A stretch of DNA of 64,000 nucleotides from an uncultured candidate division WWE3 bacterium. Its GTDB lineage: Bacteria > Patescibacteriota > WWE3 > UBA101185 > UBA10185. How positions within the stretch are numbered: the stretch's first letter is position 1; every line of letters starts with the position of its first letter. Shown in pieces: positions 46,861 through 56,981 of the stretch. Under the pieces are notes generated by a model. That model made no database searches. It was not told the DNA's origin and saw only the letters and a program-made list of their open reading frames with translations. A program made the position numbers and the translations under genes. Where the stretch lies: the NCBI GenBank assembly GCA_903879985.1, contig CAIRNR010000007.1:585925-649924 (forward strand), given 5' to 3'.

Positions 46861-49134
46861 ATGAAACTAGTAATAGTAGAGTCACCAACAAAAGCAAAAA
46901 CACTCTCTAAAATCCTTTCCAAGGACTATGTAATAAGAGCATCCATGGGTCATATTCGCGATCTTCCAAAAAGTGGTTTAGGGGTTGATGTAGATAATAA
47001 TTACGAACCCTTATACGAAGTTCCCATAAAAGCAAAAAAAACTTTAGCCGAATTAAAAAAAGAAGCTAAAGATAGTGACGAAATAATACTGGCAACAGAC
47101 CCTGACCGAGAAGGGGAAGCTATCGCTTGGCATTTACAACAGTTATTAACTCCAAAAGTTGCAAAATCTAAAAGTAAAGCAAAAAGTAAAAAAGCTGCTA
47201 AAGACGAAGATGTGGTCGATGAAGATACAGTTACTTCCGCACCGGCTGGACAAAAATTTGGTCGAGTATTTTTTCACGAATTAACTCCAGAAGCTATTCA
47301 GGAAGCTTTTAAAAATGTTGGCGATGTAAATATGGATTTAGTAAACGCGCAGCAAGCACGACGTGTTTTGGACCGTTTAGTGGGCTATAAATTGTCTCCA
47401 CTCCTTTGGAAAAAAGTTATGTTTGGTTTATCCGCAGGTCGTGTTCAATCGGTAGCTGTTAGACTTGTTGTTGAACGTGAGCGCGAGAGAAAAGCATTTA
47501 ATGCCGATGAGTACTGGTCTATTACTGCAGACTTTGCAGATTTAAAATCTACAAAAAAAGTTACAGCAGAATTAACAGAAAAAAATGATAAGAAACTTGA
47601 AATTAAAGACGGTGTTACTGCAAAAGAAATTGAAGCCGATCTTACAGGTGATTCTTTTGCTGTTTCTGCAGTAAAAAAGACGGAAAGAAAAAAGAATCCT
47701 TATCCACCATTTAAAACTTCAACATTGCAACAAACTATGTCAAACGTTTTCGGCTTTCAAGCCAAGAAAACAATGAAGGCCGCACAAGGTCTATTTGAAA
47801 AAGGTTACATTACTTACCACCGAACTGACTCGTTAAATTTGTCGCCGCAGTTTATTGATGCCGCCCGCGTTTATATTAAAAAAGAATTTGGATCTGAGTA
47901 CGTACCTGCTGAACCTAACCTTTACAAAACTAAATCTCAAAATGCTCAAGAGGCGCATGAAGCTATTCGTATAACAGATTTGAATCGAAAACCAACAGAT
48001 AATATAGGGTTAACTGGAGAAGAGTTGAAAGCTTACTCAATGATTTGGTTAAGATCTATTGAGTGCCAAGTTAATCCAGCAGTATATGATCAGACCTCTG
48101 TAGCTATAAGTTCTAAAAAAGGTTATTTATTCAAAGCTTCTGGTTCGATTGTAAAGTTTGATGGTTGGTTAGCCGTTGGTAAGTCCATAAGTTTGTCGGA
48201 TGAGGATGAAGAGACTTCAAATCGTTTGCCTGACTTATCTGAGGACGAAAAACTAGATTTACGTGAACTTAAGCCTGAGCAACATTTCACACAACCTCCT
48301 GCGCGTTACAGTGATGCCACTTTAATTAAAAAACTAGAAGAATTGGGAATTGGCCGACCTTCTACATATGCCCCAACAATATCTACTATTCAAGCTCGAG
48401 GTTATGTTGAAAAAGAGGGTCGTTACTTTAAACCCAGGGACGTTGCCTACGTTGTTAATGATCTTTTGGTAGATAATTTTGCAGAAGTTGTTGATTACGG
48501 GTTTACAGCTAAAATGGAAGATTCACTGGATGACATTGCTGAAGGAAAAATAGAATGGGTGCCTGTTATTCGCGAATTTTACGAACCCTTTGAAAAGCAT
48601 TTAATCGAAAAAGATAAATTGCTAAAGAAACACGATGTTATAAATCTTGGCGAAACCGACGAAAAGTGCCCTGATTGTGGCCGACAATTAATATATAAGC
48701 TTGGAAAGTACGGAAAATTTTTGAGTTGTTCCGGATATCCTGATTGCGCTTACGCGAGACCTTTGGTTGATACGATTACTAGTTTAGCCGGTGACGAAAA
48801 TGATGGTAGTGAAGCCGCGCAAGATTACGGTAAATGCGAAGTTTGTGGCACCGGAACTTATACTTTAAAACAAGGTCGTTTTGGAAAGTTTTTAGCTTGC
48901 AGTAATTATCCAAAATGTAAAACCACAAAACCGTTTTTACAGAAGATTGGCATGGTTTGTCCTAAATGTGGTGAGGGCGAAGTAATAGTTAAAAAAGCTA
49001 AGTTCAAAATATTTTATGGCTGTAGTCGTTACCCAGATTGCGATTACAGCAGTTGGAAAAACCCCAAAGCAGCTGATGGCGAAGATGCTGGAGATACTAC
49101 ACCAAATGATCCAGTAAAAGTTTCCGAAGAATAA
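46861..49134 (+). CDS. topA: DNA topoisomerase I with three C-terminal C4 zinc-ribbon repeats
   Basis: 'MKLVIVESPTKAKTL...ASMGHIRDLP', '...YITYHRTDS..' active-site Tyr region; 'CPDCGRQLIYKLGKYGKFLSCSGYPDC' repeats. Confidence 0.9.
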   Translation: MKLVIVESPTKAKTLSKILSKDYVIRASMGHIRDLPKSGLGVDVDNNYEPLYEVPIKAKKTLAELKKEAKDSDEIILATDPDREGEAIAWHLQQLLTPKVAKSKSKAKSKKAAKDEDVVDEDTVTSAPAGQKFGRVFFHELTPEAIQEAFKNVGDVNMDLVNAQQARRVLDRLVGYKLSPLLWKKVMFGLSAGRVQSVAVRLVVERERERKAFNADEYWSITADFADLKSTKKVTAELTEKNDKKLEIKDGVTAKEIEADLTGDSFAVSAVKKTERKKNPYPPFKTSTLQQTMSNVFGFQAKKTMKAAQGLFEKGYITYHRTDSLNLSPQFIDAARVYIKKEFGSEYVPAEPNLYKTKSQNAQEAHEAIRITDLNRKPTDNIGLTGEELKAYSMIWLRSIECQVNPAVYDQTSVAISSKKGYLFKASGSIVKFDGWLAVGKSISLSDEDEETSNRLPDLSEDEKLDLRELKPEQHFTQPPARYSDATLIKKLEELGIGRPSTYAPTISTIQARGYVEKEGRYFKPRDVAYVVNDLLVDNFAEVVDYGFTAKMEDSLDDIAEGKIEWVPVIREFYEPFEKHLIEKDKLLKKHDVINLGETDEKCPDCGRQLIYKLGKYGKFLSCSGYPDCAYARPLVDTITSLAGDENDGSEAAQDYGKCEVCGTGTYTLKQGRFGKFLACSNYPKCKTTKPFLQKIGMVCPKCGEGEVIVKKAKFKIFYGCSRYPDCDYSSWKNPKAADGEDAGDTTPNDPVKVSEE

Positions 49135-49200
49135 AAATTCCTTTACAGATTTTGGCTCATAGTATTGTGTTAAATTTACCCCGATGTTATAATCCCGAAC

Positions 49201-49320
49201 ATGAGTAGTCCTAGATTTACAGAAAATTTGAATAAATGGTCTTACCGCGCTATTAAATGTGCTGTTGACGGTATGGCATTAATAATCAAAGGGCTTGCTT
49301 TAAAAATTCGTATCTAATCT
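49201..49320 (+). CDS. Possible leaderless 39-aa small ORF (MSSPRFTENLNKWSYRAIKCAVDGMALIIKGLALKIRI)
   Basis: -10 'GTTATAATCC' ends 7 nt before the ATG; terminator hairpin 49346..49370 follows; not in the ORF track (<60 aa). Confidence 0.2.
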
Positions 49321-49525
49321 ACAAAATTTTACTTTTATACTAGGCAAGCCTCCGAAAAGGGGCTTTTTTTAATCCTGTTTTTCCAAAACTAAGTTCGTTT
49401 CAGAGGTTTTCTCGGCATAAAAGCTTAAACGGCTTTTGCATTCTGCGGTGTCTAGGGAATGCGCTATGTGCCGTGTACTTTGAAAACCTATTAACAGCTA
49501 GTTATGTGAAAAAAGGAGAGAAAAA

Positions 49526-50782
49526 ATGAACGCAATGATTGGCGGTAATGACTTTGCTTCTAGCAATGTAGCGATAAAAAGACTGACAAATGTCTATTTG
49601 TGGGTAAAGATTCTTGAATCTGCCGCAATGGGTTGGCATTTTTCAACGTACGTACTGTTTTTACTGGAAAGGGGATTAACACCTGCGCAAACAACTCAGG
49701 TAAATATGGCTTATATGATGGGAAGTTTTGTGTTTGACCTGCCAACCGGCGCTATGGGTGATGTACTTGGACACGTCCCGGTGTATTTAAGCGGAATGCT
49801 TATTTTAGCCGTCGGTTTTTTCACTTACGGTTTGGGTACAACCTACATGTGGTTTTTTGTTTGCGAGGCGTTGTCTGCAGTAGGAAGCGCTCTTATGTCA
49901 AACGCATTAGAGTCATTGCTAACTAACGAAGTTGGAATTGAAATATCAAAGGAAGTTCAAGCTCGAGAGGGGATTTACACCAAATTTGCCACGATTCCAA
50001 CAGCTTTGTGTGGTTCGTTTGTTGGCGCTGCGTTTGGTTTGCAATACCCCTGGTTTTTCTCTGGAATCACAATGTTTGTTGGATTTGTGTTGGGAGCGGT
50101 GACGTTAAAGAAATACCACGATGCGCGTAAGTCAGCTGTCACAGCTCTCAACAACGTGTTTCCTGAGTTTATTTTGTCGCTCAAAACAGGAACAATGCTG
50201 GTTTTCAGTAAGAAGCCGTTGGTGTACGCGATGTTTATATCACTCACACTTTCTGCTGCCACTCAAGCTGTGAACATGTATTGGGCGCCGATATTTAAAG
50301 CTCAAGCCGGTTCTACTTGGTGGATGGGATTTTTGTGGGTAGGCATTGCGTTAGTTAGCGCTTTTGGTTCATGGATATCCAAGAAACTTAAAGGAACCCT
50401 TAAGGTTATTGGATTAATTCTGCTTTCAATAGCGGTACCGTTATTCTTAACCAACGTATTTCCGCAGCTTATTTGGATTACCTGTGCTCTTTTTTTACTT
50501 CACGAAGTAGGACGTGGAGCAATGCCAGCGGTAATGTTTGGCTATACAAATAATTTTATCTCGAAAGACGTTAGGAATACGGCCAATTCAGCTATGGGTA
50601 GTTTGGATATGTTTGCTAAGTGGTTTGGACTTTGGGTGGCAGGTGTTTTGACCGGCTACTTTTCCTTGCTGCAGATTTGGCAAATATGTGGATTGGTACT
50701 GTTGGTGGTTGGTTTGTTCACTGTGGCTTTGGAATTGCGTGCCCGTGCTCTGGTCGTGTCCCGTGAATACATCGAATCGTAG
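49526..50782 (+). CDS. MFS-family transporter (12 predicted TM helices)
   Basis: Hydrophobic profile; strong RBS 'aaaaaggagagaaaaa'; appears GC-richer than the flanks. Confidence 0.65.
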   Translation: MNAMIGGNDFASSNVAIKRLTNVYLWVKILESAAMGWHFSTYVLFLLERGLTPAQTTQVNMAYMMGSFVFDLPTGAMGDVLGHVPVYLSGMLILAVGFFTYGLGTTYMWFFVCEALSAVGSALMSNALESLLTNEVGIEISKEVQAREGIYTKFATIPTALCGSFVGAAFGLQYPWFFSGITMFVGFVLGAVTLKKYHDARKSAVTALNNVFPEFILSLKTGTMLVFSKKPLVYAMFISLTLSAATQAVNMYWAPIFKAQAGSTWWMGFLWVGIALVSAFGSWISKKLKGTLKVIGLILLSIAVPLFLTNVFPQLIWITCALFLLHEVGRGAMPAVMFGYTNNFISKDVRNTANSAMGSLDMFAKWFGLWVAGVLTGYFSLLQIWQICGLVLLVVGLFTVALELRARALVVSREYIES

Positions 50783-50842
50783 CTGTTATGTGGTTAGCCC
50801 GTTACTTTTGTATAGAAATATATAAGGGTAGCGGGCTTTTTC

Positions 50843-52165
50843 TTAAAATTTTAAGCAAAGTTTTTTAACCTTGATTCTAATTTCTTTTATTGCTTTATCT
50901 TTTTGTGCAGCGTCCTTAAAAGCTTTGCGTGCTTGCTTAGCAGCATCCTTGTTCGAACTGCTTATATTTTGAGGTATCAATTCAATTGCAATATTAATGC
51001 ACTCGTTAAAGTAACCTGCTATAACTTTCATTTCCTTTTCTTTCATTCCTCGTGAAGTGATAGCGGGTGTTCCCAACCTTATACCAGAAGGATAAAATGC
51101 CGAGCCGGTTTCACCAGGCACTGTATTTCGATTGACTACTATTCCTGCATATTCCAACGCCCATGCTGCGCACCATCCGTCGATTTTCTTATTTCGTAAG
51201 TCAATTAAAATCAAATGATTTTCACTCCCACCGCTGACCATTTCGAAACCATAACCTTTTAAGGCTAAAGCAAGTGCTTGCGAGTTTTTAACAATTTGTT
51301 CTGCATACTTTTTAAACTTAGTTGTTGCTGCGGTTTTTAAACAAATTGCTATTGCTGCTGTTGTATTGTTGTGGGGGCCGCCTTGTAATCCTGGGATAAT
51401 TGCTTTGTTAATTTTTTCACCCAGTTCCGGATCTTTTTTTAAACCTTTTTCTGTAACCAAGATTATTGCGCCGCGTGGTCCGCGTAAAGTTTTATGCGTG
51501 GTTGCGGTAACAACATGTGCGTAAGGAACAGGGGAGGGATGTACACCACCGGCAACAAGTCCTGCGATATGTGAAATGTCTGCCAAATGCCATGCTCCAA
51601 CTTTATCTGCAATCTGTCCAAACTTTTTGAAGTTAATTATTTTAGGGAAAGCCGTAAAGCCCGATACAATAATCTTAGGCTTGTACTTAAGCGCTAGTTC
51701 TTCAAGCTTGATAAAATCTATACTGCCGTTTTTTTCCACTGTGTATTGCACGGATTTAAAATATCTTCCTGAAAAAGTAACCTTTGGATGTCCGTGAGTT
51801 AAATGGCCTCCGGATGAAAGTTCCATGCCCATTATTACATCACCTGGCTCCAGTAATGCAAAATATACAGCGGTGTTAGCGGGAGAACCGGAGTAGGGTT
51901 GTACGTTTGCAAAAGGAACATCAAACAAAGTTTTGGCGCGCTCAATAGCTAAACGTTCTATGTCGTCGGAAAACTCTTGGCCTTGATAATATCTTTTACC
52001 TGGATAACCTTCTGAGTATTTATTTACTAATACCGTGCCTAAAGCTTCACGTACCTCAGGTGTTGCTATATTTTCAGAGGGAATCATTTGTAGAGTTTCG
52101 CGCTGGCGTTTTTCTTCGAGTTTTATGAGTTTATAAATTTCAGGATCTGTGGACTTTAATTTCAT
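50843..52165 (-). CDS. glyA: Serine hydroxymethyltransferase
   Basis: 'SGGHLTHGHPKVTFSG', 'VTATTHKTLRGPRGA', PLP-Lys region. Confidence 0.9.
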   Translation of the reverse strand: MKLKSTDPEIYKLIKLEEKRQRETLQMIPSENIATPEVREALGTVLVNKYSEGYPGKRYYQGQEFSDDIERLAIERAKTLFDVPFANVQPYSGSPANTAVYFALLEPGDVIMGMELSSGGHLTHGHPKVTFSGRYFKSVQYTVEKNGSIDFIKLEELALKYKPKIIVSGFTAFPKIINFKKFGQIADKVGAWHLADISHIAGLVAGGVHPSPVPYAHVVTATTHKTLRGPRGAIILVTEKGLKKDPELGEKINKAIIPGLQGGPHNNTTAAIAICLKTAATTKFKKYAEQIVKNSQALALALKGYGFEMVSGGSENHLILIDLRNKKIDGWCAAWALEYAGIVVNRNTVPGETGSAFYPSGIRLGTPAITSRGMKEKEMKVIAGYFNECINIAIELIPQNISSSNKDAAKQARKAFKDAAQKDKAIKEIRIKVKKLCLKF

Positions 52166-52192
52166 AAAGTAACTTATACTCTTTTTATTACA

Positions 52193-53836
52193 CTATTTCA
52201 TCGCGTTTAGTCTTTGTTCTTTACGAACTTCGGCCGATAATCTTTCTAAGCCAGGATCCTGCATATTAACAAACTTCATTCCGCGCGCGAGTGTTGGGTG
52301 AACACTTTCAATTAGTTTGTATATTTCCTGTGCAATCAAACGATAACTTGGGTGACCTTGAGGTGAGCTTCTTAATTCGCATAGGTGATAGGCTTCGCGG
52401 AGATTCATTTTTAAACGCCATCTTAGTAAATGTCCGTGACCAGTTAAATACTGTGCTTGAAATGGAAAATCTGTTTTCATCATTTGGTACAAATTGTCAG
52501 CAAGGTCCATGGGACTACTATATTGTTTTTCGAATCCTGCCTCAATAATTTCTGCAGGTACTAAATATCCCAATTCTGTTGTAAAAAGTTGCTTATAACT
52601 GCTCAAAACTCTGTGACGCATAAGATCTTTATAGGCCCCCATATCCGACAGGATCTCAAATGAGTAATATATCTCTTCAAAGGACTTGGGTGGACGGTTC
52701 CAGCGGGCTTTTCTTAAACCAATAATATTGTCTATAATTTCACCTTTTTGTTTGGGCGACATGCTATAAGATTTCTGTAGCAGACTTTCGTAGGGTAAAT
52801 TAGTAGCTTGAAACAGCGTTGATGCAATTATTTTACTTTCCCCATCCTTGTCATATTCTGTCATATGCACGTACCTATTGTTTAATTTTGTAGGTTTGTC
52901 ATATCTAAACTCCTCGCCTAATTTCCAAGAACTTTTTTCCAGCTCTGTGTAGTAGTCTAAATTTTGAATACCGCTTTCAGTTTCGAGACGTTCCACAAAG
53001 TTACCTATAAAACTTTGGCTTTCCGCATGTATTTCCTTTGCGATTTCTTTAACTTCCGTTAATGGGGTGGCGTACATTTTGGTTAATAAGTATTCAACAG
53101 CACGGCCGTTAGCTAAAAATCCCATATTTGTTAATGTAGCGGCTGGTAATAAGCCTCTTAAAGTATCGCAAGCTTTTGCCCGAATTGATGTGGCGTACGC
53201 CGTATCAGACACGTCTTCAGGTTTAGGAAATTTATTTCTGAAGTATTCTGACATTGGTTCTAATAATGTTGAGTATGTTTCGAACATTAAATCAAGTGTT
53301 GTTATATATGCTGCACCATACTTTGAAGCTATAACTTCGGGGTCGCGATAGTATTGATATTTTCCATCCACTTTATCGTCAAAGCGAACATATCGTGTAG
53401 ATTTTTCCAAAGGTGAAATTCCAATTCGGCGGTCTTCTATAGATTTTGTTGCTAACACGCTGATATTTTCAACGGCAATGTGAATACCCGATAATTCCGC
53501 TATAGAGTCGTCTCCGTACATTGCCAGCCATTTGCTGTAAAATTTCTTGGCTTTTTCAGTGTTTAACGCACTTTGAGATTGATCGAAACTTTGTAGATTT
53601 TCCATGTATTTTGATATATCGAACTCTTCATTGTTAACGTATTCCTTTATGAATAAATCTCGTAAGGGTAGGGAAGATCTTGAATAACGTGACAGCAATG
53701 CACCTTTTAACACTTCGGGCATATTTTTAAGGACAAAAACGTTTTTGTTTGTATTTGAGAAGAAGTTTTTTAAAATGTTTTCCTGCTCGATGGCAATCAC
53801 TTTGGAAAATTCTATTACTTTTAAATTTGGAATCAA
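52193..53836 (-). CDS. thyX: Flavin-dependent thymidylate synthase ThyX-like, long (547 aa, probably duplicated-domain) form
   Basis: 'DLMRHRVLSSYKQ' (RHR-x7-8-S-like) and 'CELRSSPQGHPSYRLIAQEIYKLI' resemble ThyX signatures; context with folD, glyA and dcd; TTG/alternative start. Confidence 0.5.
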   Translation of the reverse strand: MIPNLKVIEFSKVIAIEQENILKNFFSNTNKNVFVLKNMPEVLKGALLSRYSRSSLPLRDLFIKEYVNNEEFDISKYMENLQSFDQSQSALNTEKAKKFYSKWLAMYGDDSIAELSGIHIAVENISVLATKSIEDRRIGISPLEKSTRYVRFDDKVDGKYQYYRDPEVIASKYGAAYITTLDLMFETYSTLLEPMSEYFRNKFPKPEDVSDTAYATSIRAKACDTLRGLLPAATLTNMGFLANGRAVEYLLTKMYATPLTEVKEIAKEIHAESQSFIGNFVERLETESGIQNLDYYTELEKSSWKLGEEFRYDKPTKLNNRYVHMTEYDKDGESKIIASTLFQATNLPYESLLQKSYSMSPKQKGEIIDNIIGLRKARWNRPPKSFEEIYYSFEILSDMGAYKDLMRHRVLSSYKQLFTTELGYLVPAEIIEAGFEKQYSSPMDLADNLYQMMKTDFPFQAQYLTGHGHLLRWRLKMNLREAYHLCELRSSPQGHPSYRLIAQEIYKLIESVHPTLARGMKFVNMQDPGLERLSAEVRKEQRLNAMK

Positions 53837-53874
53837 GCAGTGTAAATTGCTTAATTACGTATTATAATTTTCAT

Positions 53875-54294
53875 ATGAATATTTTTAAAAATCACAAACT
53901 ACTTTTTTACGTTTCAACCTTTGTATTTACCTTTATGTTTTTAATGGCATTTTTTGATTTTGATAATGTTAGTGCAGATACTTTATTTAGTGGCACAAAG
54001 AGTGTTAAGAGTGCAAACTGTGTAGTTCAGGGCTGTCATGGGGCCAATATAGCCTGCGGTCAACCCTCTGGTTTTATGTGCACAATGGATTATAAATTAG
54101 GCGATGGTTGTAGAACTTTAGCAAATTGCGCAACAGTTAAAGTTTCTGGAGCAGTTGCAGGCAAATGTGTTTTGCTGAATAAAGTTGTAATTGATAAATG
54201 TGCTTTTTGTGTACAAAGTAACTGCTATAACAAAGGTGGTTTAGGTGCGGAATCCTGTGAACAACTTTGCATTAAAGCTGCTTTAGGCAAGTAA
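53875..54294 (+). CDS. Secreted cysteine-rich small protein (about 139 aa precursor; 14 Cys in the mature ~100 aa)
   Basis: Signal/TM 'LLFYVSTFVFTFMFLMAFF', then 'CVVQGCHGANIACGQPSGFMCTMDYKLGDGCRTLANCATVKVSGAVAGKCVLLNKVVIDKCAFCVQSNCYNKGGLGAESCEQLC'. TATAAT at 53863-53868, 6 nt before the ATG. Confidence 0.5.
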   Translation: MNIFKNHKLLFYVSTFVFTFMFLMAFFDFDNVSADTLFSGTKSVKSANCVVQGCHGANIACGQPSGFMCTMDYKLGDGCRTLANCATVKVSGAVAGKCVLLNKVVIDKCAFCVQSNCYNKGGLGAESCEQLCIKAALGK

Positions 54295-54309
54295 TCAACT
54301 TTTCAGGAA

Positions 54310-54726
54310 TTATTTTACGAGTAATATTGCGCCTAGTGTCATTAATGCTGCGCCTATTGCTCCCACCCAACTAATTTTTTCCTTTAAAAATATTGCAGCT
54401 AAAACTATTGTTATTACCAAACTTAACTTATCTATTGGCGCTACTTTTGACGCCTCACCAATTTGCAAGGCCTTAAAGTAAAATAGCCATGATAGACCTG
54501 TTGTGATTCCGGATAGTATTAAAAAGAGTAGTGTGTACTTTGATGTTGTTGCAAGTTCACTGGCGGATTTTTGATAAAACACAATTGACCATGCAAAAAT
54601 AAGTATGACAATTGTACGCACAGCGGTGGCTAAATTGGAATTAATGCCAGAAACGCCAATTTTTGCTAAAATGGCCGTTATCGCAGCGAATATTGCGGAG
54701 AGTAGCGCACAGATAAACCAAGACAT
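54310..54726 (-). CDS. EamA/DMT-superfamily small membrane transporter (4 TM)
   Basis: Hydrophobic 138 aa with an EamA-like '...GEASKVAPIDKLSLVITIVLAAIFLKE' segment. Confidence 0.55.
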   Translation of the reverse strand: MSWFICALLSAIFAAITAILAKIGVSGINSNLATAVRTIVILIFAWSIVFYQKSASELATTSKYTLLFLILSGITTGLSWLFYFKALQIGEASKVAPIDKLSLVITIVLAAIFLKEKISWVGAIGAALMTLGAILLVK

Positions 54727-54771
54727 ATCAATATTGTATGACTTGGATCTAAAAAGTAAAAGGAGGAGTAT

Positions 54772-55170
54772 ATGGGAACGAAAGGTAGAAAACCTCGAGC
54801 AGAACGAGGTGTGTCGAACGTTAGGTTGTACAGATACGCCATATCACCATCTTGTGACGAGGGTTGCATAGGTTTTGTGTTGGTCTTGCCTGGTCGTGGC
54901 CTGGTTTTACAAATAGGCAAAAAAGAATATATCGACCTGGGATTTGAGAAGATAGCTCAATTTACGAAGACTACCGGGGCATGGGAGGTTGACCTGATTA
55001 AAGATAAGGATAAGGTAGTCAGTTCTGGCTATAAAAGTGGACGGATCACCTTTACGGTAAATGATATGCGCTACTGTTGCAACGCTATCACGCTTAGAGA
55101 ACGTATTCAAAGGACGTTTCCTGAGTATGTTCAGCATCTTCCGCAAACGCTATCCAGCTTAACAGCTTGA
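54772..55170 (+). CDS. Hypothetical protein (132 aa), strong-SD, GC-richer small gene
   Basis: RBS 'aaaaggaggagtat' before the ATG; bidirectional terminator 55192..55225 follows. Confidence 0.4.
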   Translation: MGTKGRKPRAERGVSNVRLYRYAISPSCDEGCIGFVLVLPGRGLVLQIGKKEYIDLGFEKIAQFTKTTGAWEVDLIKDKDKVVSSGYKSGRITFTVNDMRYCCNAITLRERIQRTFPEYVQHLPQTLSSLTA

Positions 55171-55240
55171 AAAAAGAAACGTAGTAAACAAAAAGCCGAG
55201 ACCAAAAACCCCGGCTTTTATTTTTAAATGTAATAGGGGA

Positions 55241-55777
55241 TTAAAACTTATTCTTCCACATCATCGATTCCACAGGTTTTGTTCTTCTTTCAACATATTT
55301 TGCACCGGGCTTTGAGTTATATTTCACTTTTACATCACCCTCAACAGTATGATAAATGATTTGGCCAATTGGCATTCCGGGATAAACTTTTACGGGCTGA
55401 ACCACGGACAATTCTAATGTCCATGTATTGCAATATCCCACGTCACCCTTGCCTGCTGTCGCGTGTATATTCACACCAAGACGGCCGGTGCTGGATTTTC
55501 CTTCGCAAAATGGAACATGCTTGTGGGTTTCGGTGTACTCTTCTGTAACGCCCAAATAAAGCGTTCCAGGCTGTAATACAAATCCTTCATCTGTTAGTTC
55601 AATATATTCAATTTCATTATGTTTTTTGGCATCGAGTTCGTGGTCTTTATATGTAGCTAGCCATTTGCCCAAGTGAATATCGTAAGAGTTTGAACCAAGG
55701 TTTTTAATATCGAAAGGTTCTATTAAAATAGTTCCTGCTTTTATTTCTTCTAAAATTTGTGTGTCTGAAAGTATCAT
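55241..55777 (-). CDS. dcd: dCTP deaminase (dUTPase fold)
   Basis: 'MILSDTQILEEIKAGTILIEPFD', '...GKSSTGRLGVNIHATAGKGDVGY..'. Confidence 0.8.
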   Translation of the reverse strand: MILSDTQILEEIKAGTILIEPFDIKNLGSNSYDIHLGKWLATYKDHELDAKKHNEIEYIELTDEGFVLQPGTLYLGVTEEYTETHKHVPFCEGKSSTGRLGVNIHATAGKGDVGYCNTWTLELSVVQPVKVYPGMPIGQIIYHTVEGDVKVKYNSKPGAKYVERRTKPVESMMWKNKF

Positions 55778-56025
55778 GCAAGGATTTTACCAGCTTTATG
55801 TTGTTACTTCTACGGACGAAAACCCCGATGTTACCAATATATTGTCATTATCCTCAAGTTATGCTAATCTTCTGCTTGACCTGAATCTCTCTCCCAATTT
55901 ATTGGGCTCAGGTGCAAAACAATAGTAATTTTGTTTTTAAAGAAAAAGAGGGAAACAACCGATCTTTTTGCACGACTACATTTATATAGTTGCTGCTATC
56001 ATCGCTTATTTCCCTATAAAATTAA

Positions 56026-56967
56026 ATGGCTAAGTACAAAGTACCTACAATTCAAGAAATGCTTGATGCCGGAGTTCATTTCGGTCACCAAGTTCGTAGA
56101 TGGCACCCTAAAATGGAGCCTTATATTTATATTGCCGCTAAGGATATTCACATAATCGACCTTGAACAGTCCGAAAAGATGTTAGGTAAAGCTTGTGAAT
56201 TCTTGTTTGAAGCTGCTAAAGAAGGTAAAAAAGTAGTATTCGTCGGTACTAAAAAACAGTCCCGAGATATTATCGAATTAGAAGCTAAAAGATGCGGTGC
56301 AATGTATGTTAAGGAACGATGGGTTGGCGGAACTATTACCAACTTTCCTTTCATAAAAAAGAACTTAGATAAACTTATTAAGTACATGAAAGATCGTGAA
56401 GAAGGTAATTTCGTTAAATACACCAAAAAAGAGCGTTTATTAATTGATCGTTCAATTGACAAAATGAATTCATCTTACGGTGGAATCATTAGTATGCGTG
56501 CCACACCAGACGTATTATTTGTAATCGATCCAAAACGTGAAAAGACTGCAATTCGTGAAGCTAAAAACTCACACATCCCGGTTGTAGCAATTGTTGATAC
56601 AAATGCTGATCCAACAACAGTAAACTATCCTATTCCAGGAAACGATGACGCAATTAAATCAATCGCTTTATTAGTTAAAGCTGTCGCCGATGCTATTGAA
56701 GAAGGCTACAAAGAATTTGGAAAAATTAAAGAAGCCGCTTTAGCAGCAAAAGAACCAGCTAAAGTTGTTGAAAAAATTGCAGCCGCTCCAGCCGTTATTA
56801 CCGGAACTGAAAGCCCAGTTGTAACTGAAGTTGTTAACAAAAAAGATGAAAAGATATTAGAAGAAGTTGCAGTTAAAGACGCTGTTGTTGCAGCCGATAA
56901 AGTTGCACCTGCAAAAACAGAAACTGCTGATAAAAAGAAACCAGCAGCTAAAGCTAAAAAGGCTTAA
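56026..56967 (+). CDS. rpsB: 30S ribosomal protein S2 with a ~70-aa Lys/Ala/Val-rich C-terminal extension
   Basis: 'MAKYKVPTIQEMLDAGVHFGHQVRRWHPKM'; tail '...KKKPAAKAKKA'. Confidence 0.9.
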   Translation: MAKYKVPTIQEMLDAGVHFGHQVRRWHPKMEPYIYIAAKDIHIIDLEQSEKMLGKACEFLFEAAKEGKKVVFVGTKKQSRDIIELEAKRCGAMYVKERWVGGTITNFPFIKKNLDKLIKYMKDREEGNFVKYTKKERLLIDRSIDKMNSSYGGIISMRATPDVLFVIDPKREKTAIREAKNSHIPVVAIVDTNADPTTVNYPIPGNDDAIKSIALLVKAVADAIEEGYKEFGKIKEAALAAKEPAKVVEKIAAAPAVITGTESPVVTEVVNKKDEKILEEVAVKDAVVAADKVAPAKTETADKKKPAAKAKKA

Positions 56968-56981
56968 CTTTATTAATTTTA

